From: an uncultured Gemmataceae bacterium
GTDB lineage: Bacteria > Planctomycetota > Planctomycetia > Gemmatales > Gemmataceae
Length of the DNA stretch: 64,000 bases
Reading direction: 5' to 3'
Assembly (NCBI GenBank): GCA_963750165.1
Contig: CAVVPN010000001.1
Span: 384,001 to 448,000 of the forward strand
The translations under genes and the position numbers were made by a program. The notes beneath the pieces were generated by a model, which was not told the origin of the DNA, searched no databases, and saw only the letters and a list, made by a program, of their open reading frames with translations. Position 1 is the stretch's first letter; each line of letters starts with the position of its first letter. This document shows, one piece after another, positions 38,291-47,748 of the stretch.

Positions 38291-38632
38291 ATGGGTAAGA
38301 AACTGTACGTCGGCAACCTGACCTACGGTGTCACCGACAGCGCCCTGGAGGCGATGTTCGCGGCGCACGGCACGGTGCAATCGGCGCAGGTCATCATGGA
38401 CCGTGAGACCGGCCGCTCCAAGGGATTCGGCTTCGTCGAGATGGGCTCCGACCAGGAAGCCCAGGCGGCCATCCAGGTCCTGAACGGCAAGGAGGTGGAC
38501 GGCCGCGCCCTGACCGTCAACGAGGCCAAGCCGCGCGAGGACCGTGGCGGGGGCGGAGGCCGTGGCGGCTACGGCGGCGGCGGCGGCCGCAGTGGTGGCG
38601 GCTACGGCGGCGGGGGCGGGCGCCGTTACTAA
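38291..38632 (+). CDS. RRM-domain glycine-rich RNA-binding protein
   Basis: RNP2 LYVGNL, RNP1 KGFGFVEM, Gly/Arg/Tyr tail. Confidence 0.95.
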   Translation: MGKKLYVGNLTYGVTDSALEAMFAAHGTVQSAQVIMDRETGRSKGFGFVEMGSDQEAQAAIQVLNGKEVDGRALTVNEAKPREDRGGGGGRGGYGGGGGRSGGGYGGGGGRRY

Positions 38633-38927
38633 CCGCCCCTCGTCGGCCGCGGCCGCACTGCCAACGGCTACCGGGACGGCAGGATGCCGCCCCTCCCCCG
38701 TTTGGTGGGTGTCAGGCCGGCAGTTTGTGTAAACGGTTGCGTGAGTCACCCGGCGGCGTTTCTACCGGCACGGAAGTAAAGGATCGACGGTGAAGATGCA
38801 GGAACTGGTGACCTGCGGGGCCCTGTCGCTGCCGTGGACGCCTACGGTTGCTCGGCCCCTGTTGACGTGGATGCAATGTCCGCACAGAGTTCCGCTTCCT
38901 TGACCGGCTTGGCCAGGAACCGGACCG

Positions 38928-39494
38928 CTAGCGGATGGCCTTCTCAATCAGCCCGTTGTCGAGTCCGTATTTGAACACAGATTTAACGCGCGTGATGGCG
39001 TTGCCGAGCCGAACCGGTCCCCAGCGCTCTGCCATCGTGGCGCGGAGTCGCTCGAAGTCGTCGGCCACCAGGTCGTCCACCGACCGGCACTTGCCGAAGG
39101 CGGCGACAAGCAGATTGGTCGTGTCCTTGTATTCCTGGTACATGCGAGCGCCCAACTCGCCCGAAGTCCGCTTGTGATGCTTGACGGTCAGGAAGCGGTT
39201 GCACAAGTCGGCGATGGTCAGTCCGTCATCCTTGACGCGCGGGGTCCGGCCCGCTTGAAGGTCATCGACTTCGGACTTGTACTTCTCCAGGGCGTCCTTC
39301 CAGGTTTCGCCTTCGAGTTGCACGACCTGGCCGTTTTCCGACCGGCCCCAGCGCCCGAAGTGGTGAATCGTGCCTCGAATCTTCTTCGACCAGCAGCCGA
39401 GCGGGTGGGGGTAGAGGAGAAATTCGAGGTACGGCTTCTTGGGCCGCTCGGCGGGTTTACGGTGGCGGGGCTTTCGAGTAGAATTGTTGGACAT
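38928..39494 (-). pseudogene. Truncated tyrosine integrase (N-terminal half)
   Basis: Homologous to the integrase at 43356 (W.KKIRG..H.FG.W, WGPV.LGN.I.R); catalytic domain missing. Confidence 0.85.
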
Positions 39495-39649
39495 GGCGCT
39501 ACCTCCATCTTCAAGGGTTCAGGTGGCGTCGCCCCGCTGGCTGCTATCCAGCGGGGGCAACTTTACTACCCTTGTATTGTGGCGGTAGTAAAGGACGGAA
39601 GTGCAACCGTGTATGAATTTGTCAGAAGTTGTTGTAGCAGTTCGCTTTA

Positions 39650-39736
39650 GGAGAGGTGCCGGAGCGGCCGATCGGGCCGGTCTCGAAAACCGGTGTGGTG
39701 GCAACATCACCGAGGGTTCGAATCCCTCCCTCTCCG
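39650..39736 (+). tRNA. tRNA-Ser(CGA)
   Basis: GGAGAGG acceptor, anticodon arm CCGGT-CTCGAAA-ACCGG, long variable arm, GGTTCGAATCC. Confidence 0.96.
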
Positions 39737-40001
39737 CTTTATCGGCAGATAGGTTTTGACCTATCTGCCTATTTTCTTGCGCTTGTGTCGTTTATCCATT
39801 TCATGCCGAAAGCCGAAGCCGCTGATTTCTCGGATTTTCTTGTCGGATTTTATCGGATTTCTTGTCGGATTTCGTGCCATACAGGGCTTTTCCGATAAGG
39901 AGTCCAACCCCCATAATGATTGCGTGAATGTGGCCTTCGAGATCAACTCGCTGGTGGGTCTTTTGAGGTTCGCGGGCCGGTGCTGGGTTGGAGTGAGTTC
40001 A

Positions 40002-40806
40002 ATGGCGAAGAGCATCCTTGCCTGGAGCGAAAGTGCGCAGCAGTTCTACCGGGAGATCGGCAAGAGGCTACATGGGAAGCCACCCAGGTTCTACCTCGGA
40101 GACGACGAGAAGAAAGCGCTCGCAAACGCCGCCCGGTTGGAGGCGCTGTGGGATGCAGTCGAGGTTCGTCAAGAGCCGTTTCAAGCGGCTGCGCCAGGAG
40201 GACGGCACCTGGGAGGCCGACTTCCGGGCGCTGCCCAAGCCGATCACGCAATCCGAGACGCACTACCTGGGCCTGCTCGTCGCCCAGCCGGACGGCTCCC
40301 TCCTGGCTGAGAGCCACGTCGAGGGCAGGCCCAGCGTCAACGATCTCGCCTCCCTGCTGGCCCATGCCATGCGCCGCCCGCTGACCGGAGGTGCCCACCG
40401 GCCCCGGCGCATCCACGTCCGGGGCCACCACCAGTGGCGAGAGCTTTTCCCGCACCTGGCCGAACTCGGCATCGAGGTCGCCGTGCAGAAGGAACTGTCC
40501 CAGGTACAGGAACCCTACGAGGCCCACTTGCGGCGGTTGCGAGAGTCCCACCATGTCGGCATGGTCAAGCCGACCGAGGCCCAGGCCGGCGTCGAGAAAA
40601 TGTTCCCGGCCATCGCCCGCTGGGTGGGGGGCTACGGCCAAATCGAGATCGGCGACCAGGAAATGTTCGGCTTCGTGGTGCGGGCGCTCGACTACGGTGG
40701 GCTGGTCTTCGAGGACGACAAGCCCGACACGCTGGCCGAGGCGATGGTGGCGCTGGAGAAGGGGCTAACCGAGTATTTCGAGCGTGAAGGGATCGAGATT
40801 GAGTAG
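40002..40806 (+). pseudogene. Apparent chimera: short N-terminal fragment joined out of frame to a hypothetical protein
   Basis: MAKSILAWS..PRFYLG..LEALW, then frame switch near 40160 to VKSRFKRL..WEADF..GLVFEDDKP. Confidence 0.45.
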
Positions 40807-40824
40807 TCGCTGGGAGTGGCATTA

Positions 40825-41655
40825 TCACGACGACCGGCCCGAAGCATCCTTCCGCCTCCTCAGCGTGGCGTGTACGGCATCCCACAAATCCCGGCGTGCC
40901 TCCAGAGCCGTCACCGCCGCCTCTTCCGCTCCTTGCCAGCGAGCATCATCGCCGCCGCACAGCGACACCACAAGCCTGACTGCCATCGGGCCATGCTCGC
41001 CCTCGTCCAGCCCGATGTGGCGGCGCAGGTAGTAACGGAAGTCCTCCAACCCGCCGTCCGCCTCTACGTTCAACTCGTCCACGATCCGCTGGAACAGGGC
41101 TGGCAGCAGGTCTTCCCTGCCGAACGTGAACGCCGAGGCCAGGGACCAGATGCTTCCCCGCTCGATCAAGTCGAACGTCTGGCGCACGAAGCGCTCGACG
41201 CAGCCGGGCACGCCGACCGCTGCGAGAGCGGCAGGGACGGAACTTCCTTTGCGGATTTCACCAAGAAAATTCTCGATTGTGCCGGTGTCGGCTCCGCAGC
41301 GGGTCATCGCCCGCAAGTAGAGTCCAAAATGGCTGAGGTAGCCGCCCTGACCGTCCTCGTCGCTCTCCTCGGCCAGCACGATCTCGTTGATGAAGCGGGT
41401 GGCCTGGGGATCGGGGGCGGGCAACCACGGCACACCGACGCAGCACAGGCGGGCCTGCAACGCCTTCAGCAGCGACATGAAGTCCCACACGGCGAAGACG
41501 TGGTGTTTCATGAAGAGGCGCAGCGCCACCAAGCTGTTGATCTCCCGGTAGACGGGGTGGCCCAGGAGGGCTTCCTTCAAGGGCGTGAGCCGTCGCCGCA
41601 GTCGCTGCAGCCGGGCCGTTTCGTGCGTGTCCATCTCGATCCCTTCGTTTTCCAT
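40825..41655 (-). CDS. DUF3050 family (heme-oxygenase-like) protein
   Basis: [41 protein letters not shown] and RHIGLD..EHG. Confidence 0.85.
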   Translation of the reverse strand: MENEGIEMDTHETARLQRLRRRLTPLKEALLGHPVYREINSLVALRLFMKHHVFAVWDFMSLLKALQARLCCVGVPWLPAPDPQATRFINEIVLAEESDEDGQGGYLSHFGLYLRAMTRCGADTGTIENFLGEIRKGSSVPAALAAVGVPGCVERFVRQTFDLIERGSIWSLASAFTFGREDLLPALFQRIVDELNVEADGGLEDFRYYLRRHIGLDEGEHGPMAVRLVVSLCGGDDARWQGAEEAAVTALEARRDLWDAVHATLRRRKDASGRSS

Positions 41656-41843
41656 GCAGTATTCCTATCCTCGGCGCACGATCTCGCCCACCAGGATGCC
41701 CCGAACGGCTAGACTACCGCCTGCGGCAAGGAGCGAGAGCAACGGTGCGCTCTAGCGAAGGAGCAGGCCGGACAGTTCAATGAATAGAAGAGCGCCGACT
41801 GGTCTTCTCGATCTCGTCCCCTTCGCCAGCGAGGAGCGACATC

Positions 41844-42281
41844 ATGAAACCTGGGTCCAGGGACCACCGCCACCGCCTGCTCATTAGTGGCGACGAACTG
41901 CGGGAACTGAAGCAGCACACCGGAGCAATGGCCGAAGCCTTCGGGCTGGACCGCAAGATCGAGAACTACAAGGGCACCCGGCCCCTCACGCTCTACCGCT
42001 GGGATTTGGACTGCCTGATGGACGTGATCGACCTCGCCCTCCGGGACGAGCGGGACTACCCGGATCGTTCTGCCCCCGGCTACCTGGCCCTCAAGCGCCT
42101 GGGCGAGCGGCTGCGCCAGGAGTACGACGCCGTGTACGGCCACGAGAAGGCGTCGTCGGTCAGCAAAGCGACAGCCTTCGGCGAGCCTCTTGTTGGCAAC
42201 GGCAAGCGTGGCAGACATCTTGGCGTCGCGTTTGCGCGTGCTGGTCCGGCAAGGCTGGGTCCGACTCCCGGGTATTTGTGA
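41844..42281 (+). CDS. Hypothetical protein
   Basis: GAGGAG RBS; 145 aa ORF. Confidence 0.6.
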   Translation: MKPGSRDHRHRLLISGDELRELKQHTGAMAEAFGLDRKIENYKGTRPLTLYRWDLDCLMDVIDLALRDERDYPDRSAPGYLALKRLGERLRQEYDAVYGHEKASSVSKATAFGEPLVGNGKRGRHLGVAFARAGPARLGPTPGYL

Positions 42282-42354
42282 AGATCAACAGGAGCAAGAA
42301 GAACAGTAGCGCAAACGACCGTCCGAACAATCCGAAGTGTCCATTACCAGCAAA

Positions 42355-42683
42355 TCAACTGGAAAAACTTCGGACGGTAGCGCCTGGCCACCGTCCGAAG
42401 CCCACATGGTCAACCGTCCGTGAGTGCGTCGCACCAGGATCGATCAAAAGCTTACCCTCTGCAACCTCGGGCAGCTGGATCGCCACGTAGGCGTGCCAGC
42501 CGTTGCCGGAATCGACCTGGACCCCGGCCGCGACGCCGGCTTCCTGGAGGTGCCCCAGGACGGCCTGGAGCACGGCCTGAGCCTCTTGACGTTCGGCATC
42601 CGTGGCGGGCGCGTTCGCCGGCCGAACCGGGTCCACTCAGTTGGTCGCGCCGCCGCCGGGCCGCGAGTGTGGTCGGTCTTCAT
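42355..42683 (-). pseudogene. Primase/replication protein fragment
   Basis: VDSGNGWHAY (SGxGxH) motif typical of RepB/primase-polymerase-like proteins; broken frames. Confidence 0.5.
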
Positions 42684-42693
42684 CCTGGCGGGC

Positions 42694-43033
42694 TCAATCC
42701 GGGTAGTAGTCTTTTCCCGCCTTCGGCCGGCGGCGGACGATGCGTCTGACAGTAGCGACAGAACTCCGCTTCGCCACGAACACAGCCAGCGCTTCGGGCA
42801 GGATGACCCAGCGGGGTTTGCTGCACTTAGTTGTGGCGGTTATTGATGGCTTCCAGTTGGTTGGCCATGATCCATCCTCTCGCCTTGACAGGGCTGATGC
42901 GGAGCGCCTTCGCGACCTCGGGCACGGTAAAAGCTGGGCGTCGTTTACGTCTACGCCGACGTGAAGGCGGCGTAGGGGGAACTTCATTCGACCTGGCCTT
43001 TACGGTCAGCGCGGTGGTGTTCTGGTTGTTCAT
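42694..43033 (-). CDS. Excisionase-like HTH protein (frameshift near 42835)
   Basis: FTVPEVAKALRISP..GWI..LEAIN, then KPRWVILPEAL..F in the next frame. Confidence 0.65.
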
Positions 43034-43180
43034 GCGACTTTCCGGTGCTGAACGAATTGAGTTGGTGGCGTTCGTCAAACTCTACCCGGCTTGCCGCGTC
43101 TACCTGAAGTCTTCCCGCGGAAAAATCCCCAGCTTTTTCCGCGGCGTTCGATCAATTACGGCATTCTGGAGCAGTTGAAG

Positions 43181-43229
43181 AACTTTCAGATTGTGGGTAA
43201 CTTTCAGATTATGGGAAACCTTCAGATTA
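43181..43229. repeat. Three 18-bp-period direct repeats
   Basis: AACTTTCAGATTGTGGGT, AACTTTCAGATTATGGGA, AACCTTCAGATTA. Confidence 0.8.
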
Positions 43230-43355
43230 ACGATGCAGACACCATGGACCATCCACTTCCGGCCTGCGTCGCCGAACGGGTCGAGTTGCAGTCGTCGTGA
43301 TGGAGATGTGGTGGAGGTGCTGCGGCAGGAAAACAACAGGCGCCTCGATGCTACT

Positions 43356-46300
43356 CTACTCCTCCTCGCCCGCGTTCTGCTTAGACTTGGCAGTAGCCAG
43401 CGGCGTCGAGAACAGCCAAGCGTGAACGTGGTCTGCCACGGCCTTCAGCCGGACGTCGCTGATCGTCTCGCGGTAGGCGGTGGCCATGTGGGGCGACTCG
43501 TGCCCCATGATGAAATCGATGGCCGGCTGATCTTTCGACTCATCGGCCACGGTACGGAAGACGTGTCGCAGGGTGTAGAACCCGAGCCCGGCCCTGCCGT
43601 GGATGCCCAGTTGGCGGAGCAGCTTGCCGAACTCCTTCGCCAGCGTGTGGTCGGTGCTGTCCTTCGCCCACGGCAACCCGTACCTGGTGATGAACACCAG
43701 GCCCGCGTTGGCCTCGTCTTTGGGCCGGGGGCGTTTGGCCAGGGACTCTCTCAGGGCGGCGACCGTCTCGGGCCAGAGGTGGCAACGGCGGGGGATGCCC
43801 GTTTTCGGCCTCGGGTAGTCGATCCACCCGGATTCCACGTTGACCACCCGCAGCGGCAGCGTGCCCACGTCGGCGTTACCGTAGCCAGCGTTGACGCCGA
43901 GCAGGATCATAGCGCGGAGGTGGACCGTCGCGGCGCCCAGCAGTTTGTTGATTTCTTCAGTCGTGAACAGCTTCGGCCCCTTCCGGGCCCGGTCGATCCG
44001 CACCACTTTCCGCGACGGCCGCTTGAACGCCTGCCCGTAGCGCACCGGGCGGTCAACGAGCCCGTTGTCCGAGGCGTACTTCAGGACGACCCGGATACGC
44101 TGGATGACGTTGCCCAGAGTCACCGGCCCCCACTTCTTGGCCAGCTTCGCGCGGAGCTTCTCGAAGTCCTCGGGGTCCAGGTCTTCCACCAGGCGTGTCT
44201 TGGTGAAGTGGCTCACCAGCAGATCTGTGGCCGCTTTGTAGTCGTCCCAGGTGCGATGGGTGAGTTCGCCCGCGTCCCGGGCGTTCTCCTTGGCCTCCAA
44301 AAACTGGTTGACCAACTCCTTGATGGTGATGCCCTCCGTCGCCTCCCGCGGCTTCCGGCCGGTGTGCAAGGCGTCCTTTTGCTTCAGGTACTTCTCCAGG
44401 GCGCCGTCAGGGTCGGCCCACTTGCCGAAGTAGTGCAACTTGCCCCGAATCTTCTTGGCCCAATAGCCGGCGGCGTGCGCGAACAGGGGGAAGTCGGGGG
44501 AGGGCTTGGCGGGCTTGTCCCCGGCGGCCTGGGCGGCGGGACGAGGCTTGTCCACGGCGGCGCCTTTCAGAAACTGCTCGAACTCCAGGAGGGCGCCTTC
44601 GTGGTCGTCCCAACGGCCGAAGTAATACATCTTCCCCTTGATCTTCTTGGCCCAGCGCCCCGTGTCGTGGGCGAACAATGGGAAGTCGGGGTAAGGCGGG
44701 TGTACGACATGGTTTGAGTCAGACAGCCGCTGAGTAGCGTCGCTGCCCAGTTGCTGTTCTTTGCCGACGTTCCCAGAACTCGGTGAGGGGGTCGGTCGCG
44801 CTCAGGGTATCCGCCCGCAGTTGCAGGATCGCTTCCGCACCGCGCCCCGACCAGAACTTCTCCGTGCCTTTGACGCGCTGGTTGATCCGCTTGATGGTCG
44901 ATTCGATGTGGCTCGAGGTGATCGGTAGCCCCTGTTGGCGATACACCGCGTAGCGCATGCGCCCCTGCTGATTCCGCAAGAAGCTCAGAGCGTCGGCCAC
45001 CCGCTGCCGGGGGCTCGTCTCCGCTTCCCCCGGCTCGGGAAGCCCCACCGCGGCTTGCCGCTCGGCCAGGGCGCCAAGGACCGGCTCGATCTGCCCCGCC
45101 CACACCTGGCCGATCCACGCCGTGTACGCCGCCCAGCCCACCGCGAACGACCGGCCCGCCAGGGCGGCCGTGAAGACGTACGTCAAGGCGTGGATGAAAT
45201 CGACGACGGGCGTGAAGCTCGCGAAGTGCCGCTCCCAGATGCCCCAGTTGGTGTGCGAGCCGTCCGCCACGAAGGCCCGCCGCTCGGCCCCGTAGAAGCC
45301 CCGCGCCCAGGCGGCCTGCGCCAGCAGTTCGCCGAAGGGCTGCGCCTCCCGGGCGGTCGCCACCACGCTGCGCTGTTCCAGGGCCGGCGCCGTACCGGCC
45401 GCGGCCGCGGCGGCCGGGGTCGGCGGCGCCGTCACGTCCGCCTCCGTCACGCCGGCCGAGCCTTTGATCTCCCGCACCAGCTTGAGGATGCGCAGCGGAT
45501 CCACGAAGTGCGCGGGCAGTTCGGGGCACGGGTCCACGGCACCGGCCGTGCTGGTCATGGTCGCCAGCAAGCCCACCTTGTCCGCGCGCCAATGGCTCAC
45601 GGGCGTGGCGGGTGCCGCGGGAGCCGCCGCCGGGGTGGCCTGGCGGTCGAGGATCTGCAAGCGGCCGCCGTCGCACTGCACCACGGCCAGGGCTGGCGCG
45701 GCCACCCCGGGCGGCACGCCCTTGCGCTGGGGGAGCGGCAAACCCAGGTAGTCCGCGACGGCGGCGTCGCGCTCGGCGCAGCGCTCCTGGCCGATGCCTT
45801 GCGTGAGGCGCTCCACTTGCTTGGTGGGCACGTCGAGGTCGGCCAGGTGCCGCAAGGCCTGGCTGCCCTGGGCGAAGGAGGGGTGGTGCGTGCCCGCGTA
45901 GATCACGCGCCGCAGGACCGCCGGGGAGTACTGGCTCAGGTCAAGGCCCAGCCGCCGGGACTGAGGGAAAAAAAGACCGCCGGCAGCGCGGGCAGTAGCG
46001 GTGGGGTTCGAGCCATTGGGTGTGGCCGGCACGGGTCTGAACGACCCGCGGTTCGGGGTCGGCGGCCGCGGTCGGCTGTTGGCAGGACGGGCACACCTGG
46101 TCCGGGTCCGGCACCGATTGGGCCGCTTGCTGTTGTAGGGCCTGATCGAGGAGCTGGCGCGACACGGCCTGGCCGATCTGCACCGCCAGTTCTTCCAGGT
46201 CGCTGAACTGGGTTCCCCATTCCGGTCCCTGGGGGCCGTACACCCGATCCACGAAATGCTTGGCCACGCCCTGAATCAAATGGCGTAATTCAGCTACTTG

Positions 46301-46493
46301 TTTGGTAGCAATGGACTCGGCGGCCATCCCTGGCTCCTTTCAGGAGTTGCGGCCTTTGGTGAGTCGAACTTCCACTGCCAGTGTACACCAGGCGGCTGGC
46401 GGCTTGCAAACCATGTCGTACACCCGGGTAAGGCTTGCTCGGCTTGGTGGACTTGCCGCCCTGTGCTGTCGTGGTAGAATGATCGCTGGACAT
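43356..46493 (-). pseudogene. Tyrosine integrase interrupted near its start by an IS
   Basis: FYTLRH, MGH and AYRE catalytic region; removing the IS and one TSD gives in-frame MSSDHST..SKPY-PDFPLFAH. Confidence 0.9.
44698..46425 (-). mobile_element. ISKra4-like insertion sequence (ORFs 45941..46327 and 44719..~45975)
   Basis: 19-bp perfect TIRs GGGTGTACGACATGGTTTG; 9-bp TSD GGGTAAGGC; DGG, ADG, DFIHA and ITSSHIES motifs. Confidence 0.92.
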
Positions 46494-46670
46494 GGTGACC
46501 TGCTCCTTAACCTGACGGGACGCGGTGTTTGGGCCGATGTGCTAGCATCAGATCGGCCAACTTTTCCGAGTTAAGGTGTAGGAAAATGGGTGTCAAGTGT
46601 AGTAGGGGTGTAACACCCGAGAGAGGATGAGGCAAAGAAATCGACGCAAACCAAACTAACTAAACTACTT

Positions 46671-46744
<74 letters not shown>

Positions 46745-46754
46745 CTACAATGCA

Positions 46755-46791
46755 AAGAGCCGCAGGTCTTGGACTTGCGGCTCTTCTCTTT
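46755..46791 (+). terminator. Intrinsic terminator after tRNA-Asp
   Basis: AAGAGCCGCAGGTC-TTG-GACTTGCGGCTCTT followed by a T-rich tail. Confidence 0.7.
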
Positions 46792-47451
46792 GTTGGGACA
46801 ATCGCCGTTTCCCCACGATTTGGGGATAATTTGGGGATAATCGCCGGGTGGCGTTGAGGCCGCGTTGGGGGCGGTGGCCGGCTTCCTGGATTTCATTGTC
46901 TGGACATTATGGTCGTTCGGACAGTCCGGCGGTGGCAGCTTGGGGATTTTTGGGGATAAACGACTGGTCATCGGTCATGGGACTTCCTGCCCTTCTGCTT
47001 CGGCGCCTGCTCGTCCAGTTGTTTGGTGAAAGACTGATCTCTCTTCGGGCGTTCCCTCGGCGTGCCGTCCGGATGACGGTGGAAGGCGTCCTCCTGCTCA
47101 GGGGCTGGGCCGAGCAGTTGCCCTAGGCGTGGCCGCACCTCGGGGCGGAACTGGACCTGGGCGTTCGGGGGCGGGTTGCACGACATCTAACCGTTGGTGG
47201 TGGATTATGCCCATGAAGCCCAAACCGACGATTCCAATCCGCACCATTGGCGTATCCTCTTGTTATTTATAGTATTGTGATTTTCTACAGATTCCACAGA
47301 CAGCATGAATTCGTGCCGTTTTCGGTGGTTTTCAAGCCATTCTTGTCGCTATTCTTGTCGCTATTCGGGGCCGTTTTTCAGGGCTATGGCGTCAAAAAAC
47401 GCGCCGTTCAATGGCTATTATGCGAGGTCGGGCTGGGGATGGCCGCACGAG

Positions 47452-47566
47452 TCAGACTTCGTTCAGCCGGGCGAACTCGCCGGCGGTCTCCATCGCCACG
47501 CAGTTGTTCGTCCAGGCCGCTGCCACCTCGTCGGTGAAGTAGCCGAGGAAGCGACGCCTCCCCTCT
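47452..47566 (-). pseudogene. AP2-domain C-terminal remnant
   Basis: Manual translation RRFLGYFTDEVAAA..GEFARLNEV*. Confidence 0.6.
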
Positions 47567-47620
47567 CAAGGAATCGACGCTCGCCAGCAACTCTTCTCTG
47601 GCAATCTATACCAATTCTCC

Positions 47621-47705
47621 CGTTGTACCGCGTTGTACCGAAAATCCGGTTGACAACGGTTTGAGCGTCGCGTACTATTGGGTCGTGGTACAACACGGTA
47701 CAACA
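47621..47705 (+). promoter_or_regulatory. Sigma70-type promoter bracketed by four 10-bp operator-like repeats
   Basis: TTGACA(47650)-17 bp-TACTAT(47673); CGTTGTACCG x2 upstream and (T/C)GGTACAACA x2 downstream. Confidence 0.8.
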
Positions 47706-47748
47706 TCTGGACCGGCCACACCCCTTTTCCCAGCCAGAGGAATGCAAC

